This document shows positions 1 through 12,041 of a stretch of DNA of 64,000 nt, one piece after another (within the stretch, counting starts at the first letter, position 1; each line of letters opens with the position of its first letter). Origin of the DNA: Botryllus schlosseri (taxonomy: Eukaryota); contig CM119372.1 of assembly GCA_051294905.1 (NCBI GenBank), positions 32,302,001-32,366,000 of the forward strand, read 5' to 3'. The translations under genes were made by a program, and so were the position numbers. A model generated the notes under the pieces. That model ran no database searches. It had not been told where the DNA came from and saw nothing but the letters and a program-made list of their open reading frames with translations.

Positions 1-1339
1 TGGGGACTATAACAAAATAAATAGCCCAAAAGAGGTGACTCAGTGAAAATGTAATTTTCGGCGGTCTCGCCTGGGCGTTCGTGAAATGGGAAACTATTTC
101 TAATTTAAACGACAGAATTAATAAAGCTGATTCATATATATATATTGTTCGGGCACAGTCGTGCTTGTGAGGGGTACTTGAACTTCTTGATTACAAGACA
201 TTGTGTCATAGATAGCAGTGAGATGTAGCTAACCCATCATATAGCTCATTGTTATACAAACCATACTGGAAATAGTTTATAGCATGTTTTTCAATCACTC
301 CTTTACATGTTTATGCAATATTTGATAAAAGTTGCAGTAAAAATCGGCATGAAAAATAGAGAAAAGTTGCATAAAGTTGTACTATAAAATCGCTCCAAAC
401 AGCTTAAAACATCAGAATACATAGATTCTGAGTATCTAGGAAGCTGTCGGAAGCTGTAAAAAAAGGTTGCAAAAGTTGCCCTACATATTAAAATGCGCGC
501 AGTATCCAAAGCTGTTGATGATTTGCATATATATGGACGCTCTACCCAGTTCACGATAGGTTTACACACCTTACAGCTGGGTTACCTTATGTCCTCCTTC
601 AGGAGGATTTGTCCACCTTTTCCAGGAAGTCGAAAATGTCCTCTGAGGATGCCTAAATGTCCTACTTTTTGGATATTAATCCTACTTTATAACTTCGACA
701 GCCAGGCTATTGGACGTTATAAACTAAAAAACGCTATAAATGACGCGAAATACGTAATGCGGACGTTCGAGCGGGTCATTCGGGATTGGCTTGAAAAAAA
801 TGACCTTTTTCTAGTCACAGCTGTATCGTTACAAAGTGGGTAATTCAGTAGTCGAGCCTAAAGAGGACCATTTTCAATCACAGGATTTCCAGTACAAATT
901 ACAAAATCATCAGTTTTTCAGTTCGTTAACCAAACTTTTATGATTTGTAATAAGTGTCCTCCCTTCCGGACCCAAAAATATGGTAACCCTACCCTAAAGT
1001 TTTCGTTCTGCAGCGGAAAATATTGGATGGATACAAGCTCATCATTCGACCAGAGAATTGGAAAAGCTGCGGTCAAAATATAGCCCAAAAGATACTTAAA
1101 GTGATACTGCAGTAAGCTGCAGTGTATATAGCAGTGGTCGGGAACCTTTTTTGTCCGAAGAGCCATATTTGCCATATTTTTTCCTTCTCAACTCCCAAAG
1201 AGCCATACATGTCAATCAACTGTTACGTCGCAATTGAAAATTCGTGACGTCATGGTAGCACCAATTCGAACTCACTACATGGGATTCCGCGTGTGAGCCA
1301 TATTTTCTTTGTAAAAACTGTATTTATTGCTCGAAAATG

Positions 1340-1870
1340 AAGCTCGAAACGAGAGGTAAGGCACATAGGGCCATGCCTCACTATTGATAACGCAATTCAT
1401 CGTAGGTTGCTTATAATTTATTATAGCTGATATTAATCGAATGTGACTGCCGCACTGATTCCGAAAACCTAAATACTTATCGACTATTCAGTTCTCAAAG
1501 TATTCGGCGGTAACATAACATTGCGCTACACGCATACATTTTATCGCCGGTACTACACAGAGCTATATACTTACCATCAAGAACGTGGATAGGCATGGCG
1601 TTACTTTTTTAATTCGAGTTAGTAATTGTGAATGTCACATCCACAACAGTTCATTTCGCGCCGTAGATCAGGAATACAATTTGTATTCGAAAACTGCGCT
1701 TTGAAATGGGCGTCGCCGTGTCTGCTATGCTCTTTGATTAATCAACGTGTCGCATAATGCAAGACTTCGAGTCGGGTACATAAAATTTGTGATTGGTATT
1801 GGCCGCCGGCGTGACAGTCACTTGAATTTGATGATTTTGAAAACAGGGGGTCCGAGCCCCTAAACCCGAA
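1340..1870. repeat. Dispersed repeat, copy 1 (diverged copy at ~49390-49900)
   Basis: Collinear shared blocks such as cgaaacgagag, acgcaattcatc, atattaatc.aatgtgac, gtatt.ggcggtaacata and cgtagatcag.aa. Confidence 0.7.
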
Positions 1871-2024
1871 GAGGGCATTGTTCTTACCTCTCAAAAACTT
1901 GTTTATACTGCCACAAGAATAATTATTTTGTCCGTGATGAAAATTTACCAACAAGTCGCTGCAATGTTGATCAATTCAGTACAAAAATAAATATTTGGCA
2001 AAGAGCCATATCTTATACCCAAAA

Positions 2025-3407
2025 GAGCCATATATGCAGGCCGTGTTATTTTTGGCATTTCAGGAGCCAGATGCCAAAACTGCCAAAAATAAAAATTTGA
2101 AAATGCCAAAAATAAGCAATTTTTGGCATATGCCAAAAATAACACGGCCTGCCAAATATAGTGTATTTCGTTCATGGTTTTGTGTTAACAGGACCGCGTT
2201 ACAAGCGAGAAGAGCGTTTGTGAAAGGCAGGTTTCTTAATCTGGGTCCAGCCCACCCATTAGGGGTGAAAGCATGGTGTCCTAAATGGTGTGGGCACAGC
2301 GAGATTGAACGGCTGACTGCATTTGGTTTACGTCATACTTTCCATTTGTCCAAAGGCAATTTTACGACCATTTTTGACAGGCTTGTCGAGCGCTAAATTT
2401 GATAAAACGGGTATCAATGAGAAGCTGCCGCAGTACTGATTATTAAAATATAAATTATATTCTGCTCATGGAACTGGAACCCCCAAAATCAACCACGATT
2501 TTTGCATTCTGATCGAGTTGAACATTGTGACGCAACAAACTGTATGGCCATTTCTGAGCTGCATAGTCTCGTTTTGCCAGACAGTCTTGTTGCGTCAATG
2601 TTTTTAAACAAGCTAACCTTCCCAGGACTCTTCCATGCGAGTTGGTAATATTGAAGCCACCTGAAGTGACAAAAGTCCTCCGAAAATATATCAGAAGACT
2701 GAAGGAGAAATGATAGTCGGGCTACTAAATAGAATGTGTTAAGAGACAACACAGGAAACTCCTGGAAAAGGATCGGGAAGAAAATTGTTTCCGCGATGAG
2801 ATCGATGGCACTGGCGAAGTGATCTCTTTTCATGATGCATGGAAGCCGGTTCTGTCCTCCAAAGATTTTGATCCTCTGAAAACCTTTTGTGGATGACTGG
2901 CAACATTCTTTCCCTCAACGGCTACTGTTGAAGCCGATATTTCCCAGATACGCTGGGCGAGAAATGAATTTAGGAGAAACTTAGCGGACCTGAGTTTGCA
3001 AGCACTGTTACAGTGCAAACGATTTAAGTCTATCCAACAGCTGTAACAATCAGCTGTTGAGCGTGTTTGTTAGGCTTTTCTTTCTTTTTTTGCTTATTGG
3101 CACCGATTCCGATGGATACTGCACATTTTGTGGTCTCGTTTGATATTATTAACCTATGAAATCGTTAGGTTTTTTCTTCTTATTATTGTTTGTTGGCACT
3201 GATTATACGTGGATGCCGCACATTTTGTGGTGTCTTTTGACAAACTAGAGCAAATAACGCGTTTTTGTGACTAATTCGAGGCTGAAACTATCTATTTAGA
3301 GAACGATGCCAAAACTGCCAAAAATAAAAATCGAAAAATGCCAAAAATAAGTTATTTTTGGCAGTTTTGGCATATGCCAAAAATAACACGGCCTGCATAT
3401 ATGGCTC
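2025..3407. mobile_element. Non-autonomous TIR element
   Basis: gagccatatatgcaggccgtgttatttttggca at 2025 is the reverse complement of tgccaaaaataacacggcctgcatatatggctc ending at 3407; internal tgccaaaa repeats; no transposase. Confidence 0.65.
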
Positions 3408-4546
3408 GCGAGCCATAGGATTCCGACCACTGGTATATCGGGTTCATTTAAAACAAAAATCAATTTAAAACAAACGTGTTCAAAACAAGGCCCCTATTTA
3501 ATATCTGTTTGTTAGTGTTGTTGTTTTTTAAGCCATTACGTCACGAATATTAAATTGTGACGTCATAATGGATTGACATTTACCATTGAAAATATAGGGT
3601 AAATATAGCTTCTTTGACGAAATATCTGTACTATCAATGTTGAACCGACTATTTTGAGAGTTTTGCCCATCCCATATCGATATACGTCGGCGATATCGGG
3701 TGGAAATTGTCCGTAGGCTCATACAACATGTTTTTGGTAGAGTATTTACACAATTATGGCATAATTTTACAACTTGAAAAACACACAATTTTGCATTTTT
3801 TAAAATGCCGTCATTTAAAACACTGTTTAAAATATGTTTTAAGCATAGTGCTTTAAAACACCGTTTGTTTTAAATACATCCCTAAGTGCATGTAGATATT
3901 ATTATCAATTGATTAGGCACCGCAGCCCGCAATGATTGTTCTCTTATAAATGTAGATTTGGCGTCCCTCTTCAGATTGTTTGCCGTTCGTAAGTTATTAA
4001 TTCCGTTTTGTTATGTGTGGTTGCTAGGTGTTAACTTCTATGCATGCATAGGCCTTTCTCCGTAATCACAGGCGACCACTATATTTAAAAGCTAATTACA
4101 CGACCCAGTTTCATTCGCTGTACTTGGATATTCCTTCGTCACGTCGTATATCTTAATACATGTAATATCTACCTTCAGCGGATCATCATTTTTCAAGATC
4201 GGTCGTGGGAGTTGAGTTCAATCGTAAAGGTAGTTCCAATAACTATCCGTAAGTTAGTAGCAGTTTCATAAAGTCAAAATCAATGCTATATCATATCGTA
4301 AACATAAATCGCCCGTATTTGTTATCTGCTGTGTCTTGTACATTCGGATACATATTTAATGATCCTACTATCCCCCATTACAATTCATATCTAGATTTGG
4401 TTAGCACTTACACCGCTACAAATTTTCATTAATTAGTGTCTCAACTTTTCACAATGCACACGCATAGCAGGCGTACCGTGTTAACCCAACCAGAACGGCC
4501 GGCCTCGAGTCCAAATTTCAATGCATTTCGAAAAATGTTCATAAAA

Positions 4547-4628
4547 TCCGAACCACGAGACTTGAACCGACACCCAATATATCGCTGTAATCGTGAAACA
4601 GCCGCCTAACCAACTGAGCTACTCTCAA
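4547..4628 (-). pseudogene. tRNA-derived pseudogene or SINE head
   Basis: A box TAGCTCAGTTGG, stem GCTGT/ACAGC around an enlarged 9-nt loop, B box GGTTCAAGTC, then TTTT; not a canonical cloverleaf. Confidence 0.55.
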
Positions 4629-4911
4629 AGCGAGAGAGAAACAGGTGATGCCCCTATACCAAGAAGTGTTCTCAACTTTTTGAAAATAAGAGAGAATTTG
4701 CTTCTTGAATTTGCGACTACGTCATACATAGACGTGCTCGGGATAGAATCATCGCCTGACTGATTTCACAGCAATATCAGGATTCCAAAATGACCTGAGT
4801 GAGGTTCTTACGATAATACAATCGACTGTAACGACCGCTGATATACCGACGGCTACAGTTGGCCATAGCGCGATTGCTGCCAGGCGTCTCGCATTCAGCG
4901 CACATACACGC

Positions 4912-6250
4912 GCCGCGTGTTATTGTAGTATTGACGACGTTCATTCAATGATTCAATTCACAGTGCCGGACGCCGATGTATGTAATCGCTTCGTACGAGT
5001 TACTAAGTACTAGATAGTGCTTTATCGAAACACACCTTGCTCTTGTACAACAAGTAGAACTGAATATATATTGGTTGGATTGACAGGTAGTCATATCTGC
5101 AATATAAAATGCAGTGTTTCACTGCAATTTTACTGGGCATTTGAAGAAAGATTAGGTCATACGGGGCCTACGATAACTCATCGTAGGCCCCGGGTCATAT
5201 TATGCAAGCCTTTCATCGACAATGGTGATGTAGACAATCGCTTTGAGACAAGGGCTGTCTATCGAACCAATAGGCATCCTGATAACCCAGCTATCACGAC
5301 ATGCGCATCGCAGCAATCAGTTTCGAAGTGCACAACTCGACCGCCGACTCTACATACCTATTTATTCGCTAATTTGACAATGGACATTGAACATTCAACC
5401 ATATTTAGGTTTTGTTCTCTACCATGGGCCAGATCTGAAACATTTTCACCAGAAGTGAAGCCATTTACGGACATAAATTTTCAGTCATATCGATTGCGCT
5501 TTGGAGATCTTGTAGCTCGCTGAACTGAATACTATCATGTTGGTAATGCTGTATTAGTATGAAAAGGAGCAATCGATATGCGTAATCTGCAACAGCGAAT
5601 CTTCGCTAATCACAACAGCAAATATATTACCGCGTGTTATTGTTTGGGTGATAACATAGTATCGCGGACGTTGAAATGATTCATTTCACAACGCCGGTAT
5701 ATGTAATCGCTTGTCCATCCTTTGTACGAGTTCGTGCCATGTGTTGAAACTAACATTGCTGTTGTACAACACGCGCATCGCAGCAATCAGTTTCGAAGTG
5801 CGTTCGTGACCGCAGACTCTACATACCTCGATCCGCTAAATTGAAAATCGACATTCAACCATATTTTTGTAAAGTAATTTATTGCGTGGCGCAATATATG
5901 CCATTGGCTTTGCTGGTCGTCAAATTTTCATGAATGACCTGCGCGTTGTGGACGGAAATCTCGAGCAGACACGAAAATACCTTTCAATACCAGAATCGCG
6001 ACCGGAGCTTTGATGTGCCGGTGCATTTCGTTTTATTCGCTAGGCTACTACGGGAAAGACGTGAAATATTTTCACCAGAAGTGCAGCCATTTACGGACAT
6101 AAATTTCCTGTCATATCAATAGCGGAGATCTTGTAGCTCGCTGAACAACATCATGGCAGTATTGGTGTATTAGTATGAAAAGCAAAAATATTCAATATGC
6201 GTAATCTTCAACAGCAACAGAAAATACATTGCTAAAACCCGCGCATGTTA
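4912..6250. repeat. Diverged tandem duplication, two units of ~0.7 kb
   Basis: ccgcgtgttattg, cgcatcgcagcaatcagtttcgaagtg, ttttcaccagaagtg.agccatttacggacataaattt and ggagatcttgtagctcgctgaa each occur twice in the same order. Confidence 0.8.
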
Positions 6251-7451
6251 TTTCCTAAAATATTTTTACTTCCAGTTCAAAGAATCTTCTGTGCGACTAA
6301 TTATTGATTATAAGTATTCCAATAGATGGGCAATGTGCATAACCAACACATGTTAGGAGAAAAGATCTGCAAATGAATTTGATGTCTCGGCGATGCGCTG
6401 ATTTATGTCACGGGCGCTGGTTTATCTCACGCGCGCACATTCACGCGAACGCCGTGGCGAATTGTATTTTGCGCAAAACATTTTTATGTATTCAATCTGC
6501 ATTTTGAACAGGTTATTCGATAGTATAATATGTTATTTATGGCTCGACGTATGCGTATTGATAATGGCTATCCATCTGGAATAGTTGTAATTGTCTACGA
6601 CCAGAGCAACTCAGGAAATTTAGGATTAAGTAAAGCGTGTTCGTGAAAATACGCTCAGTTATCATTAATGAGTGTGCCGTTTCGATCGGGTTAACGCAAA
6701 GTACTACCTATGTGGCACTAAAGATACTGAACAGCAATTAAGAATGCACGGCACCGAAGTTTCTAAAATGGAACATCTGAAGCTAATAAAATTATTCCGA
6801 ATCTAATAAAATTAATCACAGCACGAGTTCCATTGACCGACGATATATGTAAAATCGAAGCTCGTAATTTAACCCTCAGACGTAACTGAAATTGCTGATG
6901 CACTAAGATTTCAAACTACGAAGTAATTCACATTTCTATAACTCCAGTTGCGAATGAACCTATCTCACGCGCAGCAAACCTATCGCAGGGATATTTGTTT
7001 GCTCTCATGCTGCGTTATATCAGATCTATATTTCAGGACTCTGGCCCAGTCATATACGGCTTACTAATGTAATCAGCTGAAATTACAATTTACACATACA
7101 AAACAAAGGTCAGACAGGTAACCACGTCATCGTGTATCAACAAACATTACCTGTTGATCGGCGTACTTCGGAAATCGTGCTTGCTCTGAGGAAGAAAACC
7201 TCCGTAGCAAGCATGCCTCCGAGCCTCCGTAAAATTTTGGATCATGAAACGATTTCTGATTACGATGATACCTCCTGAAGAATGACATTTCTCACGCGTT
7301 CAATATACTGGTACAGCATCTGCCTGGCATGGGCTCAATGTTGGATATCAAACTGAATTTATCAAGGTTAGCAATTTGCAATCACAAACTCGGCTAAGAG
7401 TGGATTCGCGTCGCCGTTGATATTATTAATCGATCGATGCCGACCATCCAA

Positions 7452-7867
7452 CAGAGATGAGCATGGATTAGGATTAGGTTTTGAAAAAACAGGATTTGTG
7501 AAATTTTGTCGGATTTGGATTGGATTTGGATTAGACATTTTTTTCAGAACGGATTAGGATTTGGATTGGATTTAACTATTCTCTGGGAGATTGAAATGTC
7601 GTGTGGCGAATGGCGACAAACTTTATTCAGATCAGTTATTAATGTACTTATGGTTACGAAGTTACCTTGAATCAAGTGAATCGTTGGCTGTGAAAGAAAA
7701 TTTCATTGCATAAATTAGTATTTTTCCTGAATTTCCAGTTGGAATCGGATTAGAATTGGACATGGACTTGAATATGAAAAAGTTCTGGATTAGGATTAGG
7801 ATTTGGATTTGAAGGTTCGGATTTGGATTGGATTAGGACATAGAAATTTCAAATCCGCTCATCTCTG
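7452..7867. mobile_element. hAT-type MITE
   Basis: TIR cagagatgagc/gctcatctctg; perfect 8-bp TSD ccatccaa; internal ggatt(a/t) repeats. Confidence 0.9.
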
Positions 7868-8068
7868 CCATCCAACTCATGTCTACTGTCTAGATATAAA
7901 TCACGTTGACACTTCGTTAGAAATACCTGTGTACGAGTGGGACGTACACTTAAAGGGGCACTGCGCTCTAAAAATGATGTGGTCTCAAATTGAAGGTAAA
8001 AATGAACAAAAATTTTTGGCCGCATCCATTTCCTTCAGAACGCCACCGTAATGGAGCTGCAATTTATT

Positions 8069-8328
8069 GAAATTTCTACAAGACCAGCTGCCGCGGCTGC
8101 TTAACCCGTTACTTGGCACGATCTCTTCACCGTCGCACTTGCTCGACGCGATTAGGCAGTCATGCAGAGAACGAATTTTAGATAGTTGTCAGCCGATGTT
8201 ATGAAGGAAATGTGTCTAAGTTTCGTTCTCTGCGTGACTGCCTTATCGCGTCGAGCAAGTGCGACGAAGAAGACATCGTGCCATGTAACGGGTTAAGCAG
8301 CCGCGGCAGCTGGTCCTGTAGAAATTTC
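8069..8328. repeat. Long inverted repeat, ~114-bp arms with a 32-nt spacer
   Basis: 8069-8182 is the reverse complement of 8215-8328 with about ten mismatches. Confidence 0.9.
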
Positions 8329-8555
8329 GGATCACATGCACTATACGCCGTCATTTCCCGTACACAGGGAACACGAGTAAAACAATGAATCCCCATGTGC
8401 ATTAATGATTCCCCATGTACATCCTTTTCTCCAAATGCCTTTTTTCTTTTTCATTCTCTCGAATTTCCAATGAAAAAGTGCTGACTCAGCGTATTTCTAG
8501 TTACGAGGTTTGAGTTTTTTCCGTCTGCTCCCATTGTAGAGCATTTCGCACCTCT

Positions 8556-11500
8556 TCATAATGTACAATTTTCTTGCCTTATAATCTCGGCAGGAATGGG
8601 TCCTTTGCATAGTATCACCTCAGGGTTTTGTGATTGTAGCAGAATGAGCCCTCTGCTTCTGGCTTCTGCAGCATTCACGTGAAAAGCAACATTTTTCATT
8701 TTTGATTTCCGCGCCTTTGTCTTACTCAGATGAATAAATTTCCTATTAATTCGTTCAATGCCCAATAATACGATGTGTCTCGCATTTGATTTAGTCGTCA
8801 TGTGGTACAATACGTCGTTACCTCTGTACTCCTTATACGGGGGAGGTGTTCCTCTGGTGTGTCCGTGTGCTGCGGCCAGTCCCGCGTCCGAAACTATAGC
8901 CCTGTCACACTTTCTCATGATGGTTTTAATTTCTTCGATATCCATCCGCATCCCTAGTTTTCTTTCGATTATTCGACATGTCTCTTCCCAAGGGTGGTAT
9001 CCATCGATTGAGTCATTGCAGTGCTCGTGTCGACAGTGAAACATCAATGCTCGTTGTATTTTTCCTTCTCGGGGCATTGTCTGCGGATACAGAGGTTTCT
9101 CATGTTCCGGAATCATGGTCCAAACGTGTGGATCGTCTTCCCCCGCGGCCATCTCCATCCAGTAGGATCGAGATAATCCATCTGACGTGAACACCTGCAA
9201 CGTACTTAGATGAATTACCTCCTTTATCTGAAATCCTGAGAGGTGATTTAGCCATCTCTGAATCAAAGGTTTCGGACTCGGATTTTTTGCCTTATCTGTC
9301 GTCCTTTTGAGAAGCCCAAATACTCCCGTGTTATCGGTGATTATCGTGAAGGGTAAAGCTCTCAACATTGACTGCCATTTTTCCACCGAATCCTTTAGGG
9401 CTTTCAATTCTTTTGTGCATTGATCATAGGCTTTTGCCGCTGAAGTTGCCCATTTCTGACTGTAATAAGCGATTGGGTACACCTTTCCAAAAGGCGGTTT
9501 GCCCCCCACCTCCGTTTGAAAGATTATAGAACCAAATCCTATTTCGGAGGCATCCGTTTCCACAAAAATGGGAAGATCAGGATCCAAGTGGTACAATACC
9601 TTAGTATCATCGAGGGATGCTTGTGCCGTTTTGTAATCTTCCAGCAATTCAGCGGTCCACAGTACCGGCGTCACTCGCCCTTGAGTTGCCGGGACCTTTC
9701 CTGTCAAAGCATCGAATTTTGCTAGCTTCAAGCTCAATTCTGGGATATGTTCAGAGATGTAGCGGAGAGCGCCAATCCACCCCCGTAACTCATATATATT
9801 GTGGGGTGGGGAAAGTTCTCGTAAAGCCCTTATTCGTTCGGGCTGAACTTCAATTTCTTTTCCCGTTAAGGTTGCTCCCAACAGGTTTACCTTCTTCTTT
9901 CCAATGAAACATTTGTTAATGCTCACCGTCAATTTCATTTTGGCAAGTTGTTCAAATAACAGACGCAAGAGCAGCAAATGGTCGTCTACTGTTTTTGTGC
10001 TAAGAAAAATGTCGTCTATGTAGGCCTCCATAGGCGTCGCATTCTCCTCATCCGACCGGCCATTTTGCTTCATGTGTTGTTGGTATCTTTCCGTGATGGG
10101 TTTCACTACGCATTCCTGCATATTCGCGCTCCAAAAAGCTACAGCTGTTTTGAGCCCCATTGGCATTTTACGCCATCTTACGTGCATCCCTTTGATGGCT
10201 ATACCCACATATTGCTTAGACCTTTCCGTGACATCCATGTGGAAATAGGCCTTCTTCAGATCCAAGAGAGAAAGTACTTCTCTTCCTTGGGCGAGCTGTT
10301 TTACATCTGGCACTAACGGCGGAGGTACTTCTATTGATTTTATAGCCGCATTTAGGGGTTGTAGATTCTGTACGACCCTCCATGCTTGTTTCCATCCGTC
10401 CTCCTGCTTCTGCCTCTCATTCATTTTCTGAGGAACAACAAAAATAGCTAACTTCCATTCGGCAAAACCTTGTTCGATGACGCCTAAATCCAGGAAGTTC
10501 TCTACCGCCTCCTTTAATGCCTTTGCCTGGCCCTCCCCCTTTAGATTATAAGGACCAGAAACAAAAGGCTTAGTTGAAGGATCCTTAAGCTCGATGTCGC
10601 ATGGATACTTCATAGTCTGTGGGGCGCCAAGGTGGCCCCGTAGGTCTTCGAGTTCCGACGCAAAAGGCGCGTAGACGGCTTTCCAGACATCATCTGGAAT
10701 GATTGTGTTTTCCGGAGTTGTCAAGTCAGGAGGTTTGTACGGGAGTTTAGCCAGTGCTACTGATTGTGCACAGAGGTTCTCGAGTTCCGTTTTTACGCTC
10801 GCATTGGTGTCCTTTTGTAGAATGTATGTGGTAACTGGGCCAGCCATAGGCTGATACGACTTTCGTGATGTTCGGGGTTTTGGTGTTGGTGGAGAGAGGG
10901 CGAGGTCCTTCGTTGTCAGCGGGGATTCCCTACCTTTCCAATCTGACCTCTGAGCTCGGTGCGTGCCCGCACTTACCGTCACGCCGACGGACTCAATCTC
11001 CGCCGGGGGCCCTATTTCTGGGGAGACGTGCATCCTAAAATCCCCAGACTCCTCGTCGGTCATATCCAGACCCGTGTCCGGTTGACCGACGATAGCTGCT
11101 TCGTTAATACCTTTTGGGAATGTAGTTAAGACATGAGCTGCCGTAATGCTACTATGGGCCGAACAGTTACATTTGTCCGGACAAGTGCATCTACGAGAGC
11201 TTTCAGGACCAACTCTCTCGCGTGGGTCCTCATTTGCGCCAGCGGGGATTCCACACTCGACGTCTTCAAGAATAGTGCCAGCAGGGATTCCTGACTCGAC
11301 ACTTGGAGTTTCCCATAGGTCTTGTGTGACGTTAGTTGCGCTTTTCAACTCGTCGTTCGCGCCAGTGGTGATTACCATCTCGACACTTGCGCCAGCGGCG
11401 ACGGCTGGCAACGATGGCCAGCGCGCCGATTCGACGCTTACCTGATTTGCAGCTTCCATCAACCCATCGTTGGTCGCAGTTTTGCAAAGACTGCTTCCGA

Positions 11501-12041
11501 CTTTGGTTCCATTCCGTTGATCACACGAGATATCGTGGTATAATGTTAACAAAGACAACTCTTCATTTGCGTTAGACGGAGTTTTGAACTCAGTCGCTAT
11601 GTTTGGTAATTGCTGTACCTGATCAATCCATTTCAATCCCACAATATTGAGCGGGACCCCTTTCCCGGTCGCAAATGGAACCGACAGACCGTCAAAATCG
11701 ATTACTACCAAGGAATCAACGTGGGATGAGCCACCTATACCACGTAATTTCATGTCTAAGGGTTGGCGCTCATCCCAACTTCGTGGGTATTTAGTCTTCG
11801 CGACATTTTTCATTATCAAATTGGGGATGCTTCCCGCATCAGCCAGGAATTTTGTACCAGTAGTTGTATCAATTAAATACAAGAGTTGGCCGCCGAACAG
11901 TTCCGTGAAATCCGGCTGCAAAGGGTCATCCGGTGTATCAAGGAACGTAAATAGGGGTAGGGAATCATTATGTACAATTTTTGCGTGTTGGGGTAGTAAA
12001 TTATCTGGGAGCTGATTCACCGGATCAATCAGCACCCCCAT
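8556..12041 (-). CDS. pol: Pol polyprotein, Ty3/gypsy-like: PR, spacer, RT, RNase H, IN Zn-finger remnant, Tpt1/KptA-like domain
   Basis: PR FLADAGS...IVGL; RT LDLKKAYFHM, MPMGL, YIDD, KVNLLG; RNase H ETDAS, PIAYYS, KEL, TDN, DGLSR; no DDE core; C-terminal YHMT...RKFIHLS...SQNPEVIL. Confidence 0.95.
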   Translation of the reverse strand: MGVLIDPVNQLPDNLLPQHAKIVHNDSLPLFTFLDTPDDPLQPDFTELFGGQLLYLIDTTTGTKFLADAGSIPNLIMKNVAKTKYPRSWDERQPLDMKLRGIGGSSHVDSLVVIDFDGLSVPFATGKGVPLNIVGLKWIDQVQQLPNIATEFKTPSNANEELSLLTLYHDISCDQRNGTKVGSSLCKTATNDGLMEAANQVSVESARWPSLPAVAAGASVEMVITTGANDELKSATNVTQDLWETPSVESGIPAGTILEDVECGIPAGANEDPRERVGPESSRRCTCPDKCNCSAHSSITAAHVLTTFPKGINEAAIVGQPDTGLDMTDEESGDFRMHVSPEIGPPAEIESVGVTVSAGTHRAQRSDWKGRESPLTTKDLALSPPTPKPRTSRKSYQPMAGPVTTYILQKDTNASVKTELENLCAQSVALAKLPYKPPDLTTPENTIIPDDVWKAVYAPFASELEDLRGHLGAPQTMKYPCDIELKDPSTKPFVSGPYNLKGEGQAKALKEAVENFLDLGVIEQGFAEWKLAIFVVPQKMNERQKQEDGWKQAWRVVQNLQPLNAAIKSIEVPPPLVPDVKQLAQGREVLSLLDLKKAYFHMDVTERSKQYVGIAIKGMHVRWRKMPMGLKTAVAFWSANMQECVVKPITERYQQHMKQNGRSDEENATPMEAYIDDIFLSTKTVDDHLLLLRLLFEQLAKMKLTVSINKCFIGKKKVNLLGATLTGKEIEVQPERIRALRELSPPHNIYELRGWIGALRYISEHIPELSLKLAKFDALTGKVPATQGRVTPVLWTAELLEDYKTAQASLDDTKVLYHLDPDLPIFVETDASEIGFGSIIFQTEVGGKPPFGKVYPIAYYSQKWATSAAKAYDQCTKELKALKDSVEKWQSMLRALPFTIITDNTGVFGLLKRTTDKAKNPSPKPLIQRWLNHLSGFQIKEVIHLSTLQVFTSDGLSRSYWMEMAAGEDDPHVWTMIPEHEKPLYPQTMPREGKIQRALMFHCRHEHCNDSIDGYHPWEETCRIIERKLGMRMDIEEIKTIMRKCDRAIVSDAGLAAAHGHTRGTPPPYKEYRGNDVLYHMTTKSNARHIVLLGIERINRKFIHLSKTKARKSKMKNVAFHVNAAEARSRGLILLQSQNPEVILCKGPIPAEIIRQENCTL

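Noticed and set aside
8330-8432. 3' LTR starting at TGTACATGGGG after a purine tract
   Set aside because: No similarity to the LTR-like region at 15278-16430.
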